Shown here piece by piece: positions 12,597 to 25,693 of a stretch of 64,000 nucleotides of DNA. The stretch's first letter is position 1, and the number at the start of each line of letters is the position of its first letter. The stretch is taken from the NCBI GenBank assembly GCA_028023455.1, contig JAQFVV010000008.1, forward strand, positions 1,116,001 to 1,180,000. The letters run 5' to 3'. The stretch comes from Epiperipatus broadwayi (taxonomy: Eukaryota; Animalia; Onychophora). Made by a program: the position numbers and the translations under genes. The notes below the pieces were generated by a model that saw nothing but the letters and a program-made list of their open reading frames with translations, was not told where the DNA came from and did no database searches.

Positions 12597-14950
12597 TGTA
12601 ACGGTCAGATTTGTACATTCACGCAACAAAATCCAGAGTCCTGGCAAATTATACCAAGGCTGATCTAGATGAGGGGTTGAGACCTCGAATCAGATTGCAC
12701 CTCAGCTCCTCTATCAACACTCCATGACTTATTACCCTATGAATGACATATATCTTAATTCGCGTGCCAGCAGTAGCAATGGGTGGAACACAAGACTCAG
12801 GGAATATTAACTAAATTACTAACACTTTAAATAAACATACACATCTATGGCTGGCTAGACAATGTATATATTAATAATTAATACTATATTAGAGCAGATT
12901 TGGATAAGATTTGGTAATGAATTACGAATAACACACTAAACATTTATAAGTTTTAAATATTTAATTATAAAATATATTATAAACAATACAAATAGACAAA
13001 GTGCATTGGGTTTACACACACAGATGTCTTATAGCGATGAAAGCAGGTTCTCATCTTTTGTGCACTTTAAAAGAGTTTATTATAATTTATGTTTATTACA
13101 GTTCTCTTCTATGGTTTATTCATGCCTTAATCACGGTATGTCATCCCTACGAGGTTTGCCAATTGTCAAATTATACGAGAATGATAGCTAATATAACTAA
13201 TACCTTATCATTATACATAATGAACAATCAATGTGCTCTTTGTGCACATTGCAAACTAAGTCGGAGGTTCAGATCAACTCTGAACAAATAATATGGAGGG
13301 CGAACTGGCAATTTGTAGCATAACTTCCAAGACTGGAGCTACATAAAATAAGTAAGATGTGGCCCGAATGCGCAGTTACTCATGAGATTCAGTACTAAGT
13401 ACTCTGTTCCCATGGACCGTATGACTTGCTATCTTAAAATAAGTGAACATTTAGTTTGGGTGATTGGAGCAGCTTATAAAACAATCTGGACTCTCATGTT
13501 CCAGTTCTAAATAAGATAATGCAGTGGCCCTTAAAACCAAAGCCCATTTTTAAAAAAGAATTGTCCGAACTAAGAATTATGAGGTGACCCTTAAAACCAA
13601 AGCCCATTTTTAAAAATATATAGCAAGGCGTATACTGCATCTGTGTGCTTTTTAAAGACATTCCTAACGCTTTCTAAATATAAACATTAACATTAATCGA
13701 GCATGAAATTATAGTTTCATTCTGCAAAACTACTGTACGCCTGTTCGTAAATTAGCATTCTTAAATCATGCTAAAAGATAATTATGAGTGACCTAGTTTG
13801 TCCAGTCATCCGTATAGTTTATAAAAATAAACTAAGGAGGAGTAAAGCATATTTGGGGCTTAATTAACTAATTATTTATCATATGCTTTAAAATATTCTC
13901 TCATACTTAACTAACCAGACATTTAATAAGCAAATCTAAATTAAACAATAAGCTAAAACATAATAGCTTAACTATATATATAAAAGTAGGTTTTCGGATC
14001 GGAGATTTATAGAGTGTACTAATCGGCAACATAATTAGCTACGTGAGAGTCTAATCAACTCTCCAAAATTATTATTATTATCAATCTGCTCTGAATGGCA
14101 TAACATAAATAGATAAATTAAGAAATATATAAAAGAGAAAACAGGCGTGACTGCAGATTAGAAAGATAGACAAATAATAATAACTGATTACAGTTATTAC
14201 CTTAAGAAAATTATTAATTATAATATTTATTAAGCAATCAAGATCCTTACAAAGATCATTATTAAAATAAAGTTACATAATTTACTTTTAAAAGTTACTA
14301 CAAATCATTAATTTGAATGTCCATCATTTAGCTAGCTTTAGATTTAGGAATTAATTAAAAAATTGTTTAATAATTTTATAGAGCTCTGTGGGAAGAAATT
14401 TACCGCTCTAGTTGAGGCACTTGAAGTAGGCACTGTCCTCCATTAGGTTGGCTTGTCCGAGGTCTTCTTGGCAGGCTGTGGGTCTTGATCTCCATCATGG
14501 ACCAATTCTCCAAGAGGGAGAGGCAGCGGTTGCTCTAGCCCACGGTTCTCATTGCAGGAAAATAACTTTCTCATTCCTCCTCACAAGCCATTAAAGGTTG
14601 AATATGACTTTATTTTCAAATTCTTAAATTTCAATGGTGCTCATTAATTTTAGCAAAGACAAAAGATCCAGCTGTAGCTATTGACAAGCAGGATCGAGTT
14701 AATGATTTTGTCTTTGTTTTTAACATTATTTTTAAAACAGCTTTAAAATTTTGGTTCTCGGTTTACTATTTAATTAATAAGTATTTCTGAGAAATCTATA
14801 ACCTTTGATTCTTTTTTTTAAAAAAGAGATTTAAGCTGTCAACATTTTAGCATATACTTAAGACAGATACCCTTGCATTTGAGATTTATATGCGAATACC
14901 AATGATTCTGTAAATTAAATAACTTAAAAGAATTTAGAAAATCTGTAATG
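12597..14950. mobile_element. LTR-like element (same family as 62784-64000; distal end approximate)
   Basis: TGTAACGGTCAGATTTGTACATTCACGCAACAAAATCCAGAGTCCTGG aligns with TGTACCAGTCAAGTTTGTACATTCGTGTAACAGAATCCAGAGTCCAGG at 62784, and the similarity continues downstream. Confidence 0.5.
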
Positions 14951-15299
14951 TTTACTATATCTATGACATTACAGTTCCCTTCACATATATACATAGGTGT
15001 GCTACTACACATACAATGATGTTCACAACTTAAATTAATTTTATTAAATTTAAAATTATAAATGCATATACATTATATGCATATAAACATTAACATAATT
15101 AAATGTGTGCACAGATACAAATACATGTAAATATATGCTATTACATCTTAAAACAAATTGTAAGCTTATATATGTGAACTGGGAGGGTTTGAACTTGAAA
15201 AAAAAGATACTACTATGGAACATAGGTGAAACAGGATAATAGACAATACTGTTTCAATATTGACTAAAAGTCAGTATGAAAATTAAAAGACCTCCAAGT

Positions 15300-18200
15300 T
15301 CAAATAGCTAAAAAGAAATCTCCAGTAGAGGTCAATGGGTGATGAGGTCAGACTTACAGTAAATAGGTTAGAAATAAAAAAGTTGAGAGTAGAAAAATTC
15401 AATAGACATAACTGCAAATGGTCAGCAAATTTTAATTACTTTATATATTTAAATTTTGTAATGTTTAAATTGTAAAATGAATTTAAAATAAAACAAAGAA
15501 ATGATTTTTTTTCTCCATGGTGTAAGGGGTAATTGAGATGGATGCTTTGCTATGTCTCACAAAGTTATATATATATGTAGTAGAATAGAGGTTTCAGTTA
15601 AAATTTCTACTTCAAATTTATTTAAAAAAATTTCTAATTTAAATTATGTTAAATGTGTGTTATAAAGTATGGTTGCAAGTATGTACACGCGCACATACAA
15701 ATTGCTTAAAATTAATAAAAGTAATGTCAATTTTTTTTATATAAAAAAATAAACTTTAAATAAATCTGTTATCTTTCATGTAAGATTATTTTAAAATTTG
15801 TAGAACAATGCTTAACCTTAGAATAAAATTTTAATTTGTTGTAATAAAAAAATTTAAGAGTTAAGATTGTTCAAATAAGACATGTAATAAAAGTAATTAG
15901 CATGGAAGATAAAAATGTTTGATTTTAATTGATTAAAAATTTGTTTATTTTGATATGCTAATCTTGAAAGTTCTAGAAAAATTTGTGTGGTAGAACGGTA
16001 GAACAAATGGGTATAAAAGTTCTGCAAAATCTTTTGTTTTATTAAGAAAGCATTTCAAGTTAGGCCGAAGCTATTCATTTATTAATTCAATCTATTCAGA
16101 TTCAAGCTAGTCATTTCTTAATTGAGTGGATTCAGCCAGTATATTCTACTAGATTTTATTCATCAGATTTGTTCAGGACAAGCAGCCTGCATTAGTATAA
16201 TGAACCAATACATTTTTCTTAGTAATGTTTTTCAAAATATGCTGAGTTACGCACTTCACCAAGATGAACTCCATGCTCTAAATTGAACCTTCATCCTCAA
16301 ACATGAAATGAATTCTAGAAATCTGACAAAACCAATCTACAAAAAAAACTCAACTGACCATCCAAACAATTACAACTATAAAATGGACCAAGATAGCTAC
16401 ATCTTCAATCAATAGCAGGAAGCACCTTTATGGACTTAGTGGTATGGTAAAATTTTATATACCTCAAAATAAGCCAGGGGTTATAAGTGCCTTTTGTAAA
16501 TATGCATTATTTTTTTTATTAACCATAATATTAGATATAAATGAATTTTTTTCTTTATTTTGTGCATCTTATTAATTTCTTCATGGAAGAGGTTTTGTTT
16601 TATTATTATGATAGATGTTGATTTAGGTAATTAATAGACCTTAAGTTAATTTAAATGATTCAGACCATTGAATAATAAAAATTTTTAATGCTTAAATTTC
16701 TATTCTACTTTTTTTTTTGATTAGATCAGTTGCATAATTCATTGCTATTACTGATGATAGCAGTCAAAAGCAAATAAAACATTAAATAAAATAAATTGAG
16801 AAATTCATAGACTAATATTTTCTTAGTAAATTTCATTCTATAGAATGGTTAAAATCTTTAGTTATATGTGTATACAAGGACCATTGAAGGGTAATTTTAA
16901 TTTTTTTGTATATTAAATTTTTTAATGTTTAAAATGTAAAATGAATTTCATATGGTCTGTAGAGGTTATTAATGATACAATTGGTAGGAAAATATTAAGG
17001 TCAGACTTGTGCAGGCTATTATAGCCTTTGTATAGTTAATTGCATATGGTTATAGGTATTATGTCCAATAAGTCTGCCCATTGTAAATCCACTATCTGGT
17101 GTGGCTTGGGTTCGATCACACTGCACTATGCTTTAGCAAAACACAATTCTTCCTAAGTTTGTAACAATAATAGAAAAGTTAATTTAAATCTTATACAATA
17201 TCACTCTTAAGGGTCATTGTTATTATATAAATACTTTGATAGTATTGGCTTTTGCTGGAGATATTACTCTAGAGAAATAAGTCTGAATCAACTTTTCACC
17301 TAAGTCTTATCTGTTGGGACTATTATTATTTTTTATTTTGGGGGAAGTTGTGTTTTTTATATTTAATTTTTTTTAATATAAACTCAGAAATGAATAAACG
17401 GTTTTATTGTATTTATTAAATTAATTTGGCTGATGTTTGTTTACTATGTCTGTATTAATTGTTTAATAATTCAGAATTATTCTCTAAGCTGAGCTAGTGT
17501 CGGGCAGGTAATTCATATTTTGTCAGGATGCTCATTATTGTTAATGAATATTCAGTCACAACAAATAAACTTTTTAGGTTTATTAAATAGCCTAGTGGTG
17601 CCTTCAAGTGATGATGTTATTAATGCTGGTGTGGATCTGGTAAATAAGGTAATTTTATTGATGTGGCACCCAACATGGAGCTCACACCCACAACCCTGAG
17701 ATTCATACTAGCATTGGAAACATTGTGACTTGGGGTGTCACTATGCTAATTAATGAACCTAGAAAATTTATTTGAGATGACTGAATATTCACTAATGATG
17801 AGTATCCTGACAAAATAAATTATCTACCCCTGACACTAGCTCAGCTTAAAATATGAGATTCCAAATTATTAAATAATTGATAGACAGACATAGTAAACAA
17901 ACATCAGCCAAATTAATTTAATAGATATAATAGTTTATTCATTTCTGAGTTTATAAAAATTTTTTTTAAGTAAATGAAAGCCTCCCCCAAAATGAAATTA
18001 AATAAAACAAAGTGACATTTCATCATGGATGAGTTCCATCAGATAAGATCTAATTGAAAAGTTAAGCCAACACTCAAAATATATAAAACAATGACCCTTA
18101 AGAATGATATTACATACAATTTAAATTAGCTTTCCTATTATTGTTACTAACTTAGACAGACCTATACAGTTTTCTAAGGTGGTGCAATCAAGCCACATCA

Positions 18201-19920
18201 AAAAGATAGTGGACTTACTATGGGCTGTCTTATTGCATTCAAAACCCATAACCATATGCAATTTAATTTAACATATCATTCTTAATTTCCACAAATGCAT
18301 ACAGAATGCTAAGGCATTGCATGGTGTGATCAAACCTCAAGCTATGCAAGAGATACCATGGATTTACAATGGGCTGTCTTATCACCGACAATACTCTATC
18401 AAATGCACTTTACTATATGTCAGCTATGATGGCCTGCACTAGTCTGGCACTAAAGATTTTAAACATTCTGTAGAATGAAATTTACTAAGAAAATATTAGT
18501 CGGAATTTCTCAATTTATTTTATTTCATACGTTTTGTTTGTTTTTGACAGCCGTCATCACTAATAGCAATGGATTATGCAACTGATCTAATCAAAAACAA
18601 AATAGAATAGAAATTTAAACATTGAAAATATTTTATTATTCAATGGTCTGAATTATTTAAATTAACTTAAGGTATATTAATTACCTAAATCAACATCTAT
18701 TATAATAATAAAACAAAATCATGAAGAAATTAGTAAGAATTAATAAAATAAAAAAGTACATTTATACCTAATATTACATTTAAAATGTGCATTTACAAAA
18801 GGCAAACACTTATAATAACCCCTGGCTTATTTTAAGGTATCTAAAAGTTTATATTACCATTAAGTCCTTCAAAGTTGATTAGCTTTCTACTATTGATTGA
18901 AGAGATAGCCTTGGTGCATTTATATTGTAGTTGTCAAGTGGTCAGTTAAGTTTTTGTAGGGTGACTGGGTCAGCTTTCTAAGGATTTATGACATGGAAGA
19001 TGAAAGTTTGACTTAGAGCATGGAGTTTGTCTTGGTGAGATGCCTAGCCTAGGATATTTTGAAAAACATTACTAAGAAAAATGGATTGGTTCATTACTGC
19101 AAGCAACTTTCAAATGAATCTCTGATGAGTAGAATCTACTGGCTGAATCTACTCAATTAATAAATGAATAGCTTCAGGATAGCTTCTGCCTAGCTTAGAA
19201 TGCTTTATGAATTAAACAATATATTTTGGGGAGTTTTTATATCCATTTGTTCTATTGTTCTACCACATATTTTTCTAGAATTTTCAAGAATAACATTTTA
19301 AAATAGCCAGGTTTTTTAATTACTTAAAATCAAACATTTTTACATTCCATGCTTATTACTTTTATTACATATCTTATTGGAACAATCTTAACTATTAAAT
19401 TTCTTTATTGCATTAGATTAAAATTTTATTCTTAGGTTAAGCATTGTTAAGTTTTAAAATAATCTTATATAAAAGATAACAGATGTCTTTAAAAAGCTTA
19501 CTTTTTTTAAAAAAAAAAAAACATTGAACGAAATTATTTTGTTGATTCATGTGTGTGCATGTATATACATCTGATCACACTTTTATAACATGTTTAATAT
19601 AAAACTAAATTGACAAAATTTCAGAATTAATTTGCAAGTATATTTTTTTTAATGGAAACCCCTATTCTATATATATAAATTTGAGACATAGCACAGCATC
19701 CATCTCAACTTACACCATAGGAAAAAATAATTGAAATTTTCATTTTTTTTTAAAATTTCATTTTACATTTTAATCATTTAGATATACATACAAGTTAAAA
19801 TTTGCACTGTTGTTTGTCTATTGGATTTTACTACTCTCAACTAACTTTATTACTATTCCATTTACTATCAGTCTGGCCTCATTGCCAGACTATCTGGAGA
19901 TTCCTTTTTTTTTTTAACTG
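15300..19920. repeat. ~4.6-kb imperfect palindrome (arms ~15300-17638 and ~17699-19920)
   Basis: Blockwise reverse-complement matches, e.g. 15781-15930 vs 19321-19470, 17401-17560 vs 17780-17940, and 17565-17638 vs 17699-17775. The spacer is only ~60 bp. Confidence 0.88.
17664..17703 (-). pseudogene. Copy of the mature 3' half of tRNA-Lys(CTT), including CCA
   Basis: TGGCACCCAACATGGAGCTCACACCCACAACCCTGAGATT vs the reverse complement of tRNA-Lys(CTT)+CCA as recalled, TGGCGCCCAACGTGGGGCTCGAACCCACGACCCTGAGATT: 34/40 identical, and 4 of the 6 differences are CpG>CpA. Confidence 0.85.
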
Positions 19921-22900
19921 TTATAATCTCCCCTTTTCTAAGCTGTAGGATATATTCAAGAAAATCTTTACAACTTTAGAATCAAATATTTTTTTGGCTG
20001 AGTCAAATGGCTTAAACTTAAGTGTCCACATCTGTGGAATTATTAGCTGTTTTTGTAACAAGATTTTCTTACCCAATAGTTCTGCATATTTCATGATTAT
20101 CAGCGGCAGTAATGATGTGCAAAGATATTTAAAAACTAGTTTGCCCATCCCAGCATCTTTAAGTTTTTTCTAAAAATTATTTTTATATCTGGGTTTTTAA
20201 TTATATAAATATCAGCAATCATATTAAATGATTTGTGAAAATAGCTGACAAAGTCTGCACCCAACAGTTTTCTTTCCACACATGGAACTTGTCTTCATTT
20301 CATAGTTAGCCTGAAATTATCTTTCATAATTAAGATACAAACACTTATTCTGTTCTATTGTTTCTGTCCTGGAAACTTATCATTTCAGTACTAACAACTT
20401 CTTTTACCTGTCTTATACATTCCGATCTTAATTCTCTTTAATTCCACTAGCATCTTCTTTTCCTACCTTTACTTGTTCTACTTCTTCAATTTCTTGACTT
20501 AAATCTTTCTCTACTGTCTATTGCCTCCTGATTCTTATCTATTCTATCCCTTATCTCTTGCATCATTTCTTTCTTCAGATCCTGTTTAACTTCTTTTATC
20601 ATATCACTCTGACATCTCAATTTGTCTTCATCTTGGAAAATGAAACCAAAACTTATTTTATAAAGCTGACTTTAATTTTTCTATTTTAAAATAAAAAACT
20701 ATCTATTTATACTCAAAATGTTGATTTCTCTTATATATAATTACTTTTTATTTATATCAATTCATTTATTGATAAACCCCTACTCTAAACCATCCTCCAT
20801 TTCCAACCTACTCATATGCCCTATCAATTGTTTAAGCAAAATATATAATAGGTTTAAACTTAAGCTCCTATGTTGGCTATGCTATTTTAATTTTAAAAAA
20901 ACCTGACACTAGCTTAGATTAGAGTTTAAGTCCAAATTATTAAACACTTGATAGATAGACACAGTAAACAAATGTTAGCCAAATTAATTTAATAAATATA
21001 ATATTGTTTATTCCTGAGATTATAAAAAATATAAAACAAACCTCCCATAAAATAATGTTTCTTCATGGTGAGTCCCATCAGATAAGACCTAAGTGTAAAG
21101 TTGATTCAGACAATTATATTTTAGAGTAATATATATATATAACCAGTAAAAGCCAACATTATCAAAGTATTTGTGTAAAAATGATCCTTAAGGGATAGTG
21201 ATATTGGATAAGATTTAAATTAACTTTTCTATTAACATTATTAATTTAGGCAAACCTATACAGTTTGCTAAAGTACAGCAATGAAATCAAACCTAAGCCA
21301 TGTCTAAGAGATAGTGGACTTACAATAGGCCATCTTATTGCACACAACACCCATAGCCATATTCGATTTAATATAAGAAGGCTATAATAGCCCACAAAAG
21401 TGGCATTTATACTTGTCTACTAATTGTATTATTACTACCCTCTACAACCCCATACAAAATGCTAAGGCAGTGTATAGTCTGATGAAACCCAAGCCGTGCC
21501 AAAGAGATACAATGGACTATTTTATTGATATGTAGGCTATAATTACCTGCACTAGTTTGACTTACCCTTCAATATTCCTTGTATACAGTTATAACTAAAG
21601 GTTTTAAACATTCTGTAGAAATAAATTTAGTAAGGAAATATTAGTCTATGAATTTGTCAATTTATTTTATTTAATAAGTTTTGTTTGTTTTCGCTGCTGT
21701 CATCACTAATGGCAACAAATTATGCAACTGATGTAATAAAAAAAAAATAGAAATTTAAACATTAAAAAAAATTGTTATTATTCAACAATCTGAATTATTT
21801 AAAGTAACTTAAGATCTATTAATTACCTAAATCAACATCTATCATAATAATAAAACAAAAACTCATCCATGAAGAAACTAGTAAGATGCATAAAATAAAA
21901 AAGTACGTTAAATGTAATATTAATGATTATAAAAAAATAATGCCCATTTACAAAAGGCAAAGACTTATAACAAGACCTGGCTTAATTTAAGGTATATAAA
22001 AGTTTACATTACCACTAAATTCTTCAAGATAATTGCTTTAGCTTCCTGCTATTTAATCAAGAGATAGTTTTCTTGGTCCATTTTATAATTGTAGTTGTTC
22101 AGGTGGTTAATTGAGAGTCTTTGTAGATTGATTTTAGGAGGTCAGCTTTATACGGATTCGTAACATGGAATTATGAAGTTTTGACTTAGTACGTGGATTT
22201 CATCTTGAGGTGCCTGGCCCAGTATATTTTGAAAAACACTAAGAAAAATTGATTGGTTCATTGTACTATTGTAGGCCACTTGTCTCGAATAAATCTTATG
22301 AATAGAATCTACTGATTGAATCCACTCAATAAATGACTGGCTTGAATCTGAATAGAAAATAAACGAATAACTTTTGGATAACTTCTGCCTAGTTTGGAAT
22401 GATTCTGAATGAAACAACAGGTTTTGTGGAGTTTATACCCATTCATTCTATTGTTCTACCACAAATTTTTCTATTGCATGTCTTATCTGAACAATTTAAA
22501 AACTCTTAATTTTTTTTGTTGCAACATATTTAAATTTTGTTCTGAGGTTAAACATTGTTCTACAAAGTTTTAAACTATTCTTACAGAAAAGATAATAAAT
22601 TTATTAAAAAAGTTAACTTTAAAAAAAAAATTAACATTAAAATTATTTTGCCAACTTATGTGTGTCCATGTATATACATGTGATCACACTTTTATAACAC
22701 ATTTAATATAAAACTAAATTGACAAAATTTCAGAATTTGCAAGTATAATTTTTTTTTAATTGAAATCCATATTCTTCTACATATATAAATTTGAGACAAA
22801 GCAAAGCATCCGTCTCAACTGCCCTTTACATTACGGAAACAAAAAATTATTAAAATTTTACATTTTTTAAAAAAAATTTCATTTTACATTTTGAACATTT

Positions 22901-24480
22901 AAAAATTTAGATATACACAGCAGTTAAAATTTGCTGATCATTTGCACTGTTGTCTGTGTATTGGATTTTACTACTCTCAACTAACTTTTTATTTCTGTTC
23001 TGTTTTACAGTAAATCTGACCTCATTGTCAATTGACCTCTATCTTGAAGTTCTTTTTTAAAACTATTTTAACTCTAAGTGTCATTGATATGATGCTCAAT
23101 CTATATACTTGAACTTGTTCTCATGTATGTTTGTACATTTTGAGCTTAGCCAGGATTTGCCCTTTTCCTAAGCTATAGGATATATTCTAGAAAATGTTTA
23201 CAACTTTAGAATCAATTAAATATTTCTCTGGCTGAGTTAAACTAGGTTTATGCTTAAATGTCCATATCTGTGGCATTATTAGCCAACTTTCTAACAAGAT
23301 TCTCTTACCTAACCATTTTACATACTTCATGACTAACACTGGCAGTAATGATGTGCAAGGATATTCTAAAATTATTCATTTTTATATCTGGGTCTTTAAT
23401 TATATAAATGTCAGCAATCATATTAAATGACTTGTGGAAATAGCTGACAAAATCTGCACTCAACAGTTCTTTGTATAGTATTTGAAATTTTTTTTCCACA
23501 TACAGAACTTTTCTATTCATTTCATAGTTAGCCAAAGTTCTCTTTCATAATTCTGATACAAATACTCATTATGTTCTCCTATTTCTATCCTAAAAACTTA
23601 TTATTTCAGTACTAACAACTTCTTTTATACTTTCTGATCTTAATTTCACTACCATTTTCTTTCCCTACTTTTACTTGATGTTTTTCTTTTTCAATCTCTT
23701 GACTTACATCTTTCTCTACTGTCTATTGCCTCCTGAATTTTATCTTTACTACCCCTTCTCTCTTGATTCATTTCTTTTTTCAAATCTTGTTTAACTTCTT
23801 TTATCATTTCATTCTGACTTTGTCTCAATCTTTTATCTTGAAAAATGAAACCAAAACTTATTTTATAAAGCTGATTTTAACTAACTACTTATACTCAAAA
23901 TACTGACTTCTCTTATATTTAATTACTTTTTATTTATATCAATTTATTAATTGATGAATGCCTTTCTAAACCATCCATTTCTAACCATATCATTACTAGC
24001 ACTTATTCATCTTTTATTTTTCCAAACTATTCATATGCTCTCAATTGTCTAAGCAAAATATATAATAGGTTTAAACTCGAGCTCCTATGTTGGCTATACT
24101 ATTTTAATAAAAAAAAATTACTTTCTCCTGACACTAGTTTAGGTTAGAGTACGAATTATTAAACACTTGGTAGACAGACACAATAAACAAATGTTAGTCA
24201 AATTAATTTAATAAATATAATATTGTTTATTCATTTCTGAGGTTATATAAAAAATTTAAATATTATAGAAAACCTCCCCCAAAATAAAATTAAATTAAAG
24301 AAAATCTCATCAGATAAAATCTAAGTGAAAAGTTGATTCAGACCATCATATTTCTCTAGAGTAATATCATTAGCAAAAGCCAACACTATCAAAGTATTTA
24401 TATAAAAACATTGATTCTTAAGAGATAGTGATATTGTATAAGATTTAAATTAACTTTTCTATTATTACTAACTTTCAGCT
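17829..24480. repeat. Diverged tandem array: units start at 17829, 20902 and 24127 (third is partial); period 3.07-3.23 kb
   Basis: The unit head CCTGACACTAG recurs and is followed by collinear homology. Each full unit carries minus-strand decayed ORF pieces (19921-20660, 22148-22417, 23150-23840). Confidence 0.85.
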
Positions 24481-24725
24481 AACTCAATATAAGCATTATT
24501 TTTGCCCTCAACAAAATGAAAATTTATTTAAGTCTAATTTGCAATAATTTTAATATGCATAATGTAAAGCAAATAATAGTGAAAGGATAAAAAGATCGTA
24601 TGTATAACTATAAATTCGTAAGTCAGTTATTCTATTACTTTAATGAAATTACAGACAATGACCAAAATAAAAGTCATAGATCAATTCATAGATCACATGA
24701 CCCTATCTCTTAAGCTTGTAAGTTA

Positions 24726-24968
24726 TAAACAGTGAGGATTGCCAATTCCTCTACAAGCTTTATGATAAATGCTTAGCCAGAGCCAGCACTTAAAATATCT
24801 CTGTCAGGAACCCCTCCCCAAACCCCTGACCATGGTTTCGTGCTGCCAAAGCACAAAACCATGGTCAGGGGTTTGGGGAGGGGTTCCTGACAGAGATATT
24901 TTAAGTGCTGGCTCTGGCTAAGCATTTATCATAAAGCTTGTAGAGGAATTGGCAATCCTCACTGTTTA
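24726..24968. repeat. Perfect palindrome / long hairpin
   Basis: 24726-24838 is the exact reverse complement of 24856-24968 (113 bp). Inside that are one C/A mismatch, a 5-bp stem GTGCT/AGCAC and a 5-nt loop GCCAA. Confidence 0.97.
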
Positions 24969-25693
24969 CAGACAATGATGTTCACAATTTGATAAAAGGA
25001 AAACAGTCATATCTTTCAAACATACACAGAAATCGTATGCATGCAGATGAAGTATATCTGGAAAAAAAAAAAAATTGTAAGAAAAAGTATATCTTCCAGT
25101 TTCATACAAAAATCCAGCAGCAATCTTTTATTGTTTTTTAAGCTATCAAGTTACCAGACTGAAATGCAGATCAAATATATCTGTTTAGACAAAAATCATA
25201 TTCTGCCAAATACAAAACAAGTATAAGAAATGCAAGTTAAAATATATTTGTCAACAAAAAATCAAAATATAAATGCAGATCAAACATATTTCCAAATTAT
25301 TATAGTAAAACATGAAGATATTAATACACCTAATAAGGAATTAAAAGGAGGAATATTAAGAATGGTTCATGAAATGTGAGGTTATTGAGAAGTGCTACAA
25401 AACCTGAAAAGAGAATTGAGAATAAAGAAGGATTAAGTGAAGGGCAATGGAAAGAGTATGGTAAGTAAAAAGTGAGAATGTTAAATTGTTTTACTCTAGT
25501 GGTAAATAAGAAATATTAATGATACGTTTGTATAATTTAAAATAATGGAATTTTAAATAAAAACTTTACCAATATTTTTAAAAGGGGTGTGTGTGCTATC
25601 AAAAGTATTTTCTTATGCGAGACAATAAAATTGAACAATATTATAAATATTTAGAGTTAATAAATTACATTATATATAGAAGATTACATATAC

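Noticed and set aside
19122-19150. CTGATGA followed by a GTAG/CTAC stem as a hammerhead
   Set aside because: No GAAA follows the stem, and the motif is not preserved in the other unit copies.
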